DNA of 64,000 nt from an uncultured Candidatus Saccharibacteria bacterium. Its GTDB lineage: Bacteria > Patescibacteriota > Andersenbacteria > UBA10190. The position numbers and the translations under genes were made by a program. Shown one piece after another: positions 8,969 through 18,057 of this stretch. Numbering within the stretch: position 1 is the first letter of the stretch; the number at the start of each line of letters is the position of its first letter. The stretch is from contig CAYJKV010000002.1 in assembly GCA_964371255.1 (NCBI GenBank), positions 66,553 through 130,552 on the forward strand, given 5' to 3'. The notes under the pieces are model-generated. The model was not told the origin of the DNA. It searched no databases and was given only the letters and a program-made list of their open reading frames with translations.

Positions 8969-10291
8969 TTATACGTATGGCACATTCTCTGGTGCTCCGC
9001 CGACACCCGCTTTAGCACGTTCAAAAGCTGGCGCCTTTGAGTACTTGGTGGGGAAGTGGTAAAGCGTGGCTAGCTCTTCGTCACTCATCATATAACCGTC
9101 TTCATAACCCCAAAAATCACGCCATTGAAAAGACAAAAATATTTCTCTCTTTCGTCTATATCGGCGTGTCTTCTTCATCACGTAATTTGGCCCGTTAGTT
9201 TTTGTGTTCGGATCGGGCTTAAAACTGTTGAGATTATATGTATTAAATTGCTTAAAACCGCCAATCGCTCTGGAAATATTAGGCTTAGTAAGCTGGCCCA
9301 AGGGCGCTAAATAAAGCACGCGTATTTTTACCCGGTATCCGCCCTTTGATACTTTCCTCAATATCCCATCCATTTTGGCTGTGTCGCCCGCACTCACCTT
9401 GGGAAAGTCCAGGCTTGTTTTTCCCGCGGCTTTGCCAGCTTCTAAGGGTCCGCTGACACCGGCCTTGATCGCGTCTGCTGGGAATTGGGTCATCGCTTCC
9501 ATGGATTTACTCAACAGGCCTCGGGTTTTTTTTGTCTCTTTACCCGCTAACTTATCAATTTCTTCGCCGCCCTTATCCGCCCATTTCCTAATATCTTTAC
9601 CGTCGATCGGCCTGATTAATATTTGCACCCAAAATTGTTCACCCTCGTTGATATTAGTATACGCTTCCACTAAGGCTTGGTGCGGATCGATAAACTTCTC
9701 TTCCTCAGCGAAGACATCCTCGTAATCATGATAAGTCTTCACCGGATAAACATCATCTTCGGTCAATGCGATCTCCGAACCATACAGATCAAAAGTCTTA
9801 TCAATGTCTTTGTAATCATAAATCTGGGTATAATCTTGCGTTTCTACTACCTCTGCTTCTGGATATTGTCCGTACACAACACCTTCAAAAAACGTTTTGT
9901 GCATAGTCGGCACCACTAAGATATACCGAGCGCGCCCTTTTGTGCAGACTAATTCACAGCTGTACCAGGCTTCCAAATATCCTTCAAAATATCTTTCGAC
10001 TAAATCAGGGTTTTTATGAATGCCGTCAAGGACTGAGAAAATATTCTCCATTGCCTTCGGCGTTTGTTCTGAATCCTCTGGTACTGTTACTTGCAAGAAC
10101 GTCCAGCTGATCGCCGATACATAATCAACCATCTTAATATACAAATATATTTTCCAGATTACCCAGAGCATTAAACCCACCACCACCAGCCAGCCCCAAC
10201 TGAAAATGATATTGGTGCCGGCTTCTAGGTTAGATATTAAGCTGGCGGCCATCATGCCTGTGGGGTTTATATTAACTCGATGCCTGTGCAT
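8969..10291 (-). CDS. Membrane-anchored partner of the T4CP-like ATPase (CPR-type uncharacterised domain)
   Basis: One N-terminal TM; LQVTVP..PKAMENIF, GQYPEAEV, YPVKTY, VQILIRP, EELATLYHFP motifs as I recall from domains fused to or beside such ATPases in CPR. TATAAT 6 nt before ATG 10291 (track: 10393). Confidence 0.7.
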   Translation of the reverse strand: MHRHRVNINPTGMMAASLISNLEAGTNIIFSWGWLVVVGLMLWVIWKIYLYIKMVDYVSAISWTFLQVTVPEDSEQTPKAMENIFSVLDGIHKNPDLVERYFEGYLEAWYSCELVCTKGRARYILVVPTMHKTFFEGVVYGQYPEAEVVETQDYTQIYDYKDIDKTFDLYGSEIALTEDDVYPVKTYHDYEDVFAEEEKFIDPHQALVEAYTNINEGEQFWVQILIRPIDGKDIRKWADKGGEEIDKLAGKETKKTRGLLSKSMEAMTQFPADAIKAGVSGPLEAGKAAGKTSLDFPKVSAGDTAKMDGILRKVSKGGYRVKIRVLYLAPLGQLTKPNISRAIGGFKQFNTYNLNSFKPDPNTKTNGPNYVMKKTRRYRRKREIFLSFQWRDFWGYEDGYMMSDEELATLYHFPTKYSKAPAFERAKAGVGGAPENVPYV

Positions 10292-10391
10292 GACTCTATT
10301 ATACGTAAAGGTCAGGTTATCGGCGAACCTTACTGGCAACGTACCCCCAGCTTTTGCCAGACCTGTCCCGGGCCCCAACCCTGAATACCAC

Positions 10392-10423
10392 AAGCAGCCT
10401 TAGCTAATTGCTTAAGGCTGCTT
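10392..10423. terminator. 11-bp perfect hairpin downstream of the HTH gene (terminator-like, no U-tract on the minus strand)
   Basis: AAGCAGCCTTA-N10-TAAGGCTGCTT. Confidence 0.5.
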
Positions 10424-10451
10424 AGAATAATGATTTATTTTTGCTGCTCTT

Positions 10452-11528
10452 TTACTTAGTCTCTGGTGTGCTGATATTCCTCAACGTGTACCGATCGTCT
10501 TCCACCTTCGCAAATTTATTACTATTTTGCAGGCCGAGAACGACGGTCGTTCGCTTCACCATGCGCTGTTTCATCACTTCCGCTAACAGCTCATCTTTCT
10601 TCATCGGTTTACCAGACTTGCTCAAAATTGCTTCCAGGACATCTGCGACCGTACCGGGCAAAAAGCCCCAATCGCTTAACCCATACATGCCTCTTCCCAC
10701 CAACACAAAGCGCGGATCTTTTATTAGTTCATTATGCACCGTCTGTTCATGAGCCTTCTTGTGGTCAAATTTCACTTCATTAATTTGCGCGGCGATATCT
10801 CGAAAATGCATTGGTTCACCGTTGCGGCGCAGAACAATATAAGCCTTGTCTCCAACCCCTCGGGGTGATGTTTCTACCCAATCCTTTAGTCCCCACTCGC
10901 TGAAAACTGTCCGCTTTAGTTCTTTGCTAGCTTCTAGCAGGGCTTTCACGCAAGCATCAGGTAGAACTTCTTCTGATACGCCGACTTGTTCTCTGATCTT
11001 CATTAACATCTCATTCTCCATGATTGGCTTTTTTGCCTTGCGCAAAATATTATCTGCCGCATTGACTACTTGGTCGGCATAAGTGTGATGTAACTTGGGG
11101 TGAGACCAATGCGGGCGAAATTTGTCGGAACGGGTCACGCGTTCATAATTTGGCAAAATATCCAAGAAGAACATCACCATGGTTGCTCCTGGCGCCTCGG
11201 TGAAACTCTGACCGACAACTAACATCAAATAATCCTCTGTTAGTATCCCCCCATACTGAGCAAACAGCGCTTCTAAGGTTTTAGCTACATTTTTTAACAC
11301 ATCTTCGCGTCGGGCCAGTAGCTTCTTAGCCTGTGCCTCAATCTGTCGCACCCTTTCCCGCGTGATGCCATATTCTTTGCCTATGCTGTCCAATGTTTCG
11401 ATTTGCCCTGACTCTAAACCGTAACGACGCTTAATAATATCCTGCGATCTGGTATCTAAAATGCCTAAAAGAACTCTCACTATTTCGTTGAGTTCACCTG
11501 CTTTGCTTATTGTTCTTTCTTGCTCCAT
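10452..11528 (-). CDS. Sigma70 region-4 HTH fused to tandem winged-helix (HARE-HTH/RNAP delta-like) domains
   Basis: IIKRRYGL..ETLDSIGKEYGITRERVRQIE (sigma4); AYIVLRRNGEPMHFRDIA..TVHNELIKDPRFVLVGRGMYGLSDW (HARE-HTH-like); no sigma region 2. Confidence 0.8.
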   Translation of the reverse strand: MEQERTISKAGELNEIVRVLLGILDTRSQDIIKRRYGLESGQIETLDSIGKEYGITRERVRQIEAQAKKLLARREDVLKNVAKTLEALFAQYGGILTEDYLMLVVGQSFTEAPGATMVMFFLDILPNYERVTRSDKFRPHWSHPKLHHTYADQVVNAADNILRKAKKPIMENEMLMKIREQVGVSEEVLPDACVKALLEASKELKRTVFSEWGLKDWVETSPRGVGDKAYIVLRRNGEPMHFRDIAAQINEVKFDHKKAHEQTVHNELIKDPRFVLVGRGMYGLSDWGFLPGTVADVLEAILSKSGKPMKKDELLAEVMKQRMVKRTTVVLGLQNSNKFAKVEDDRYTLRNISTPETK

Positions 11529-11588
11529 AAAGTTTAAAATTGCCGATAAACATTAATAAAATAACCTCTCTAATTGCCTTACGCTTGC

Positions 11589-11617
11589 AATATAGACCTT
11601 TCTTGACCATATGTCAA
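11589..11617 (-). promoter_or_regulatory. Near-consensus sigma70 promoter of the HTH gene; -35 lies inside a palindrome
   Basis: TTGACA (11617-11612), 17 nt spacer, TATATT (11594-11589); CTTGAC-CATAT-GTCAAG at 11602-11618. Confidence 0.75.
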
Positions 11618-11718
11618 GTTTTTGTGCAGGTACTTTTCTGCACAACCTCACACTATAGTGATTGGCCTATATTTTGTCCAGTTTTCGTTGTCTGATATAT
11701 GTCAGACAATTCTGACAC

Positions 11719-13026
11719 TTATTTGGGACGCAATATAGTGCGCAACATCCCGTCTAAGTCCCCTGCGCTAAAAGCAATGGCTATTCCGAAAGATCCGGCC
11801 GCTTTCGTTAAGACATTATTCATGGCCTCGCCCTTTTTAACCTCTGCAATAAATATATTGTCCTTCTGCCAGCCGTTAATTAAATCAGTTTTTAGCTGCC
11901 CGGCCTGTGCGTCTGTATTTTCTCTTCCGCGCGGCATAAAAATTGGCGTTAGAATCACCCCGTCAGCTTTCCTAAAGGCACTAAGAAATTCCGGCAGGAA
12001 ATTTCGCAATCTTTCTTGCGTATGCGGTTCAAAGATTGCCACGATCCTTTGTTGTGGATATTTTTCTCTGGCCGCTTCCAACGTACGGGCAATCTCCGTC
12101 GGGTGATGGCCATAATCGCTGATTACTTCCATGCCTTGCCAGTCTCCCAATCTTTCAAACCTGCGTTTGATGCCGGTGTATGAGGCCAGATAGCCCGCCA
12201 GCTTTTGTTCCTCAGCGCCGGCCCAGCCTGCTATCCGCATGGCGATTAAGCCGTTCGTCTTCATATGTTGCCCGGGTGTACTTACCTGTACCTGGCTAGC
12301 CTCTTGTTCATCTAATACAATCGTATTGGCCGGCCATTCTACGGTCGGATGGTTTTGTTGTATGCCTTTCAATGTCATCACTACCCCAGCTTGTTTTCTA
12401 TGCCTGATAAACTTGCTATACGCTTCCTCTGTTTGTTCGAGCGAATTAAAAAAGTCCGGGTGGTCGAAGTCAATCGATGTGATAGCTATCAAGTCAGGCC
12501 TTAATGTTAAAAAATGTTCCCGGTACTCATCAGCCTCGAGCACTAAAATGTCGTTCGCGCCCATTCGCGCGTGTCTGCCTCCCCATTCCCGCATCGCTGC
12601 GCCAATCAACACAGTCGGATCGAGTCCCGCCGCAATCATAATATGCGCTGCCATGGCACAGGTTGATGATTTACCGTGCGTTCCGGTAACGGCGACCACG
12701 CGCTTGAAGCCTTTGGCAAAATTGCCGACTGCCGCCTGGTAATTTATTTCGCGCTTCAGATCACGGGCTGCCTGTCGCAGCCTGTGCTCTTGGTCGACCG
12801 CGTCTGAAAAAATCACCTCCGTAAAACCGCTCATTTGCTGTTTGAATTTTTCCTCATCAACCAGTTTGAACGGTTCGTCCTTCAGTAATTCCTTGGTCTC
12901 TTCAAGCTTGGCATCAGTGCCCACGACGTCTAAATCCTGCTGGCTTAATAGATATGCCAACCCGCGCATGCCGCTGCCGCCGATACCCACCATTCCCACT
13001 TTTTTCTGGCTTTGGCCCAACCTCAT
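11719..13026 (-). CDS. murC: UDP-N-acetylmuramate--L-alanine ligase
   Basis: GIGGSGMRGLA, GTHGKSST, LEADEY, IDFDHPD, GIKRRFE, DYGHHPTEI, FEPH. Confidence 0.95.
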   Translation of the reverse strand: MRLGQSQKKVGMVGIGGSGMRGLAYLLSQQDLDVVGTDAKLEETKELLKDEPFKLVDEEKFKQQMSGFTEVIFSDAVDQEHRLRQAARDLKREINYQAAVGNFAKGFKRVVAVTGTHGKSSTCAMAAHIMIAAGLDPTVLIGAAMREWGGRHARMGANDILVLEADEYREHFLTLRPDLIAITSIDFDHPDFFNSLEQTEEAYSKFIRHRKQAGVVMTLKGIQQNHPTVEWPANTIVLDEQEASQVQVSTPGQHMKTNGLIAMRIAGWAGAEEQKLAGYLASYTGIKRRFERLGDWQGMEVISDYGHHPTEIARTLEAAREKYPQQRIVAIFEPHTQERLRNFLPEFLSAFRKADGVILTPIFMPRGRENTDAQAGQLKTDLINGWQKDNIFIAEVKKGEAMNNVLTKAAGSFGIAIAFSAGDLDGMLRTILRPK

Positions 13027-14246
13027 GCCTTGTCTTTTACAACCAGCTCAGCCTGCTTTTTCATCGCTTTTCTTATGGACTGGAAGGGTACCAAGCCCCT
13101 GGCTAGCCTGAAGGTCAGCTGCGCGATATCTCGCGCTGCGTTTGGATAATCAAACCGGCCAATATTCTGGCGCAGTACTTCCCGGATCTCCTTATCGTCT
13201 AATAGATTTCGGATATTTTGCAATAAAATATTACGTCCCAGATTTTCTTGACTGATCACCCGTACGGCTTCGGCTACTTCCATAATTTGCGCGTTTATCC
13301 TTTGGTGGTCTTGGGCCGCATTGGCCAGGGGGATGAGAATCGCTGCTTTTCGTAAATGTGCTAATTCCGCTAATGAGGTGGCGCCGGCTCGTGATATCAC
13401 TAAGTCAGCGGCCATTAGAGCCGCGCCCATCTTATCCGTCAACGCGCCAAATATTTTATATTTTTCTTGCCGACCAACCGATCGTAATATTCGATCAGCT
13501 TCGGTTTTAACGGCGGCTGCGTTAGTGACGCCTGCTAAATGAATGAGACCGGCCTGGGTGATTAATTCCGGTAAAATTTGCAGTGTTAACTCATTGATCT
13601 TCGCTGCTCCCTGGCTGCCCCCCATAATCAATACGACCGGTTCGGTTTCTTCAAAACCAAATAAACGCTTGGCGCTCGCGCTCGTTTCTCGCGCCAGACC
13701 CGGCCGCACGGGCGTCCCCGTCACGATGGTCTTTCTCTGGTGGTAACCCATGTCATGACGCGTCGCCGCGAAACCCACCGTAATAACTTGGGCCCAATTG
13801 GCTGTCAGCCGATTAGCCAAACCTAAAACGGCATCCGACTCGTGCACCAATAATGGAATACGATAAACAAACGCCGCTACGCAAACCGGTATACTCCCAT
13901 AGCCGCCTTTGCTTATCACGGCGTCCGGCATGATCCGCCACATTTGCCAGAGGGCTTTACTCAATCCGATCGGCAAGCGCCACAATATGTCGGTGACCGT
14001 TTGCCAGGCCGCGTAACGGCGCAGTTTTGCCGCCGGTATGTTAATTGTTTTCAGTCCCAACCTGTTAAAAAATTCACTATTCTGCTTATCCAACACTCCT
14101 AAGAAGTAGATATCTAATCGTTCACGGTCAATCCAAACTGGTAATTGGTCCTTGGTTTCCTGATGAACTGTCCTCAACATTTCCACCAGGGGTTCTAAGG
14201 GGATCATATGTCCGCCGGTGCCGCCGCCTGTCAATACAATGCGCAT
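13023..14246 (-). CDS. murG: Lipid II GlcNAc transferase MurG
   Basis: TGGGTGGH, KGGYGS, HESD..GLAN, GGSQGA, SRAGA, DHQRINA. Confidence 0.96.
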   Translation of the reverse strand: MRIVLTGGGTGGHMIPLEPLVEMLRTVHQETKDQLPVWIDRERLDIYFLGVLDKQNSEFFNRLGLKTINIPAAKLRRYAAWQTVTDILWRLPIGLSKALWQMWRIMPDAVISKGGYGSIPVCVAAFVYRIPLLVHESDAVLGLANRLTANWAQVITVGFAATRHDMGYHQRKTIVTGTPVRPGLARETSASAKRLFGFEETEPVVLIMGGSQGAAKINELTLQILPELITQAGLIHLAGVTNAAAVKTEADRILRSVGRQEKYKIFGALTDKMGAALMAADLVISRAGATSLAELAHLRKAAILIPLANAAQDHQRINAQIMEVAEAVRVISQENLGRNILLQNIRNLLDDKEIREVLRQNIGRFDYPNAARDIAQLTFRLARGLVPFQSIRKAMKKQAELVVKDKA

Positions 14247-14358
14247 AATACTTGATTTCCTAATTTATCTTTTAATATATCACCTTATCTGCATCCTACC
14301 TCATTAACCTGTCAATATAAATCATCGATCCCAATCCCTTCTTCGCTATTTACTCGCT

Positions 14359-15504
14359 CTACTCTTGTGTATATTGGCTGATATTGAGCAATACCCCTGA
14401 TGCGAATAGCAACGTCGCTAGCGCTGAACCGCCGTAGCTGATAAATGGCAAAGGAATGCCGGTTAATGGCGTCAGGGCTAAAATTGACCCGATATTAATA
14501 AAAGCCTGCAATAAAATCCAAGCCGTTATGCCGGTCGCCAGCAGACGCCCAAAAACATCAGGGGCCTGCCGCGCGATCAACCAGCCCCGCCAGCCAATTA
14601 AGCCGAATACTAATATAACCAAGATTGATCGAATCAATCCAAACTCCTCAGCTAAAACAGCAAAAATTGCATCACCAGCCGGCTCTGGTAAATAGTAATA
14701 TTTTTGTCGGCTGCGCCCGAATCCCAAGCCCCACAAACCGCCAGTCCCAACTGCCAATAAAGCTTGGTTTATCTGATAACCAATCCCTTGCGGATCCAGT
14801 TCGGGATGCAAATAAACCATAATTCTCTCCAAGCGATAACGTGCTGTATTTAAAAAGACAGCGAACACGGCCAGTCCACCCAAGGCAATCATTATTAAAT
14901 GGCGCAACTTAAAACCGGCTACGAAAATCATGCTGGACGCCATCAGAGTAATTAACAGGAGCGTTCCCATGTCCGGCTGCATCATGATTAAGGTGCTAAG
15001 GATTGCCATCATAATCAAAAAAGGGATGACACTCTTCTTGAAATCCTTGACATCCTCACCCTTTTTCTCCAGCAATGCGGCTAAATATAAAATAAACGCT
15101 AACTTCGCTACCTCCGTGGGCTGCAGGGTTAAAGGCCCAATACCAATCCAGCGTGATGCCCCTCCCGCCGATACTGATAATCCAGGTACAAATACTAGCA
15201 CTAATAAAACCAAAGCCAACACAATAGCTGGGAACGCCAATCGTCTCCAGAATCGATAGGGTACAAAATAACCTACTAAAAACGTACCTAGTCCTATCAG
15301 GCCGCCATATAACATCTGGTGCTTCACGAAATAAAAAGCATCATTAAAGTATTTTTGTGCTAATACGGACGAGGCCGAAGCCAGCATCAGCCACCCAAAC
15401 ACCGTGATGCCGGCAATGGCCAACAACAACAAATGATCCCCGGCGTGCTTATGAATTTGCATGCTTGGTTCTGCTATATTATTTTTTTTAGTTACCTTAC
15501 GCAT
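14359..15504 (-). CDS. ftsW: SEDS peptidoglycan polymerase FtsW
   Basis: GASRWI, QPTEVAK, QPDMGT, GYQINQ, YLPEPAGD, PLTGIPLPFISYGGS. ATG 15504 overlaps the murD stop (track: 15558). Confidence 0.93.
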   Translation of the reverse strand: MRKVTKKNNIAEPSMQIHKHAGDHLLLLAIAGITVFGWLMLASASSVLAQKYFNDAFYFVKHQMLYGGLIGLGTFLVGYFVPYRFWRRLAFPAIVLALVLLVLVFVPGLSVSAGGASRWIGIGPLTLQPTEVAKLAFILYLAALLEKKGEDVKDFKKSVIPFLIMMAILSTLIMMQPDMGTLLLITLMASSMIFVAGFKLRHLIMIALGGLAVFAVFLNTARYRLERIMVYLHPELDPQGIGYQINQALLAVGTGGLWGLGFGRSRQKYYYLPEPAGDAIFAVLAEEFGLIRSILVILVFGLIGWRGWLIARQAPDVFGRLLATGITAWILLQAFINIGSILALTPLTGIPLPFISYGGSALATLLFASGVLLNISQYTQE

Positions 15505-16903
15505 GCTTCTGCAAATTCCTGACCGCCTCTTTAAACTTATTTCCACGATCAAACTCATTCTTGAAAGAACTAAAACTAGTGGCGCCTGGAGACAGTAGTA
15601 CTATATCTTCAGCTTGGGCAATCTGTGCCGCACGGCGTACAGCGTCCGCCATGTCTGTCGCACTTTCGGCTTGGCTGCGTCCGCCAGCCCGTTCATACGC
15701 TTGCGCCATTTTTTCCGTCGCTGTTCCGGGCAACCAAATAATATGCCTGACATTAGCGATCGCTTCTTGCTGCGCCCAGGGTGCGAACTCCAGTACCTTA
15801 TCATTACCTCCTAAAATATGGACGATGGTTTTTCCTTGCAGCGCAGCTAAGGCTGCGATTGTGGCATCGGGCATGGTGGCGGCGGAATCATTAATGAATT
15901 CTACCTTGCCTATCACCGCTACTGTCTCCATGCGATGCGGTAACAATTTTACTTTTCGAAGTGCGCCGATGATTTGTTCCTTGTCCATCCCCTGTTGCCA
16001 AGCCAAATAAATGGCTGGTAATAAGTTACGAATTTCGTGTTCATATCTGGCGGGTAGCTCGTCTGTGTCCATCAGCCTTTCTTCACCCTTCAGTTCGCGT
16101 ACCATCACATGATTATGCTTGATGAAAATTCCTCTGGTTTTGTAATCCTTGATTGAATAACTTATGACTTGGCTGATCAGCTTGGTTGACCACGCGCGCA
16201 ATCTCTCATCGTCGAAGTTTAATATCGCCCTATCCGTCGGTTGCTGCCATTTAACAATTATTTTCTTTACATCCATATACTCTTCCCAGGAGGCATACGT
16301 GTTCAAGTGGTCTCGATAAATGGCAGTGATGATTGCTGTCCCCGGACTGATTTGTTGTGCCGCCAAAGGTTCTAACCGCCAGCTTGATAACTCAAAAACA
16401 ACTTTCTTGTCGTTATTAAGTTGCTCAAGTTGCAGTAATGGCGACGTACCTTCAATACCGATTGCCGGAATACCTAGTAATGCGGCGATGGCAGTCGTGG
16501 TGGTAGATTTTCCTTTCGAACCAGTAACGCCAATGATTCGGCGCCGGTCAAACCACCGGAAAAATAAACTACTGTCCATCTCTACCGGCACCCCAGCTGC
16601 TCGAGCGCGCAACAAGAATGGTAGATTTCGGGGAACTCCGGGATTAATTATAACCAAATCAGCCCTAGTAAAATCCTCGGCCCGGTGCTCACCTAGCACC
16701 CATTCAATCCCCTTATCCTGTCCGACCATTTTGATACTCTCCGCCAATTGTTCTGCATTCTTCAGGTCAGTCACCACCAACCTAGCGCCTTGTTTATGTA
16801 ACCAAAGTATATTACCGATTGCCCCTCCATGTTCTCCCAAACCAACAACCGTCACTCGTTTACCCTTGACATCATTCATCTTGCTCCAATCATTTAGTCT
16901 CAT
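15497..16903 (-). CDS. murD: UDP-MurNAc-L-Ala--D-glutamate ligase
   Basis: GVTGSKGKSTT, ELSSWRL, DHLN, HRME, INDSAAT, LLSPGATSF..F.NEFDRG. Confidence 0.94.
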   Translation of the reverse strand: MRLNDWSKMNDVKGKRVTVVGLGEHGGAIGNILWLHKQGARLVVTDLKNAEQLAESIKMVGQDKGIEWVLGEHRAEDFTRADLVIINPGVPRNLPFLLRARAAGVPVEMDSSLFFRWFDRRRIIGVTGSKGKSTTTTAIAALLGIPAIGIEGTSPLLQLEQLNNDKKVVFELSSWRLEPLAAQQISPGTAIITAIYRDHLNTYASWEEYMDVKKIIVKWQQPTDRAILNFDDERLRAWSTKLISQVISYSIKDYKTRGIFIKHNHVMVRELKGEERLMDTDELPARYEHEIRNLLPAIYLAWQQGMDKEQIIGALRKVKLLPHRMETVAVIGKVEFINDSAATMPDATIAALAALQGKTIVHILGGNDKVLEFAPWAQQEAIANVRHIIWLPGTATEKMAQAYERAGGRSQAESATDMADAVRRAAQIAQAEDIVLLSPGATSFSSFKNEFDRGNKFKEAVRNLQKHA

Positions 16904-16948
16904 GTTTTTTTCATTCCTTATGCCTCGTTTACTCTACGTCTCGATACG

Positions 16949-18010
16949 TTACATTCCCAACAAACCAACCAGTAAACCGAGGGCTGAACTAACCGCCGCC
17001 ATAATCCAAAAACGCATGGTCACTTTTGTTTCCGGCCAACCAATTGCCTCAAAGTGATGATGTATGGGGGCAGATAAAAATATCTTCTTGCCTCGCCACT
17101 TTTTTGACAACACCTGGATGATGACAGAAATAGATTCCAGCACGAGCGGAAACGCGATAATCGGCAAAACCAAAGCAGAATTGGTCAACATGGCAATGAT
17201 GCCCAGGGTCGTTCCCAAACTCATGGCGCCGGTATCCCCCATAAAGAACCGCGCGGGATGTACGTTGAACCATAAGAAAGCGAGCAGCCCGCCGCCAATG
17301 GCGGAGCAGAAAATAGCTAACTCCATTCTTTCCATCCCAAAGGAGAGTGCCGCGTATGCAGCATAACAGAATAATAGAATTCCTCCCGCTAAACCATCTA
17401 ATCCGTCGGATTCATTCACAGAGAAGGCCGTAGCGACAATCACCAGTATAAATATCGGAACATACCATAAACCAATTTCAAAATCGCCGAAGTAAGGGAC
17501 GTGCAGCAAACTCCAGTCCAGTTTGAAATAAAACCACCAAGCCCCAATCGCAGCCACGGCCGTATATAACAACAAACGGTGCCGCATATTCAATCCGCCG
17601 CCATCCGGGCCGATTTTTCTCACATTAAGATAGTCATCCAACAAACCGACTAAGGCAGAACCAAGTAGTGCTCCTAGTGGCAGCAACGTTTGCGCCCGAC
17701 TTAAAAAATTTAATTGCTGCGTAATCCATGAAGGCCAAATAATACTTAATAGCCAAAAGAATACGGCCATCATCGTCACCGAAACCCAAACAATTATCCC
17801 GCCCCCGACTGGTGTGCCGGCCTTAGCGGCGTGTAGCTTCGAATAAATCGGTGTTTGGCCGGAGCTTCTGATGCTTTTCCCAAAATGGTATTTATATAAA
17901 AAATGCGTTAGTAGAGGCGTCATCCCAAACGCTACTAAAAACGTTAGGATCCCCATAATCACAATCCGGCCGACATCAATTACTAGATCAATGTTTTCAA
18001 ACTCATGCAT
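16949..18010 (-). CDS. mraY: Phospho-N-acetylmuramoyl-pentapeptide transferase
   Basis: KAGTPVGGG, GLLDD, NESDGLDGLAGG, FNVHPARFFMGDTG, APIHHHFE. Confidence 0.97.
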   Translation of the reverse strand: MHEFENIDLVIDVGRIVIMGILTFLVAFGMTPLLTHFLYKYHFGKSIRSSGQTPIYSKLHAAKAGTPVGGGIIVWVSVTMMAVFFWLLSIIWPSWITQQLNFLSRAQTLLPLGALLGSALVGLLDDYLNVRKIGPDGGGLNMRHRLLLYTAVAAIGAWWFYFKLDWSLLHVPYFGDFEIGLWYVPIFILVIVATAFSVNESDGLDGLAGGILLFCYAAYAALSFGMERMELAIFCSAIGGGLLAFLWFNVHPARFFMGDTGAMSLGTTLGIIAMLTNSALVLPIIAFPLVLESISVIIQVLSKKWRGKKIFLSAPIHHHFEAIGWPETKVTMRFWIMAAVSSALGLLVGLLGM

Positions 18011-18057
18011 AGCTATAGCTTAATACAAAATTGATCACCATACTTTACTTCCTTGTC

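Noticed and set aside
3162-10291. Prophage or ICE (baseplate-J-like gene plus T4CP-like ATPase)
   Set aside because: No integrase, relaxase, capsid/tail genes or att repeats; alaS and LOG are interleaved
10252-10291. 9-bp direct repeat CACAGGCAT (minus strand) at the start of the ATPase partner gene
   Set aside because: Two copies only; may just reflect alternative ATG starts
10452-11528. Bona fide sigma factor (rpoD/ECF)
   Set aside because: Only region 4 is present; no region 2 for core binding and -10 melting
16320-17057. 245-aa + strand ORF and many similar antisense ORFs (e.g. 4102-4608, 12239-12742, 35976-36443)
   Set aside because: They lie opposite well-supported genes and show no motifs; shadow ORFs
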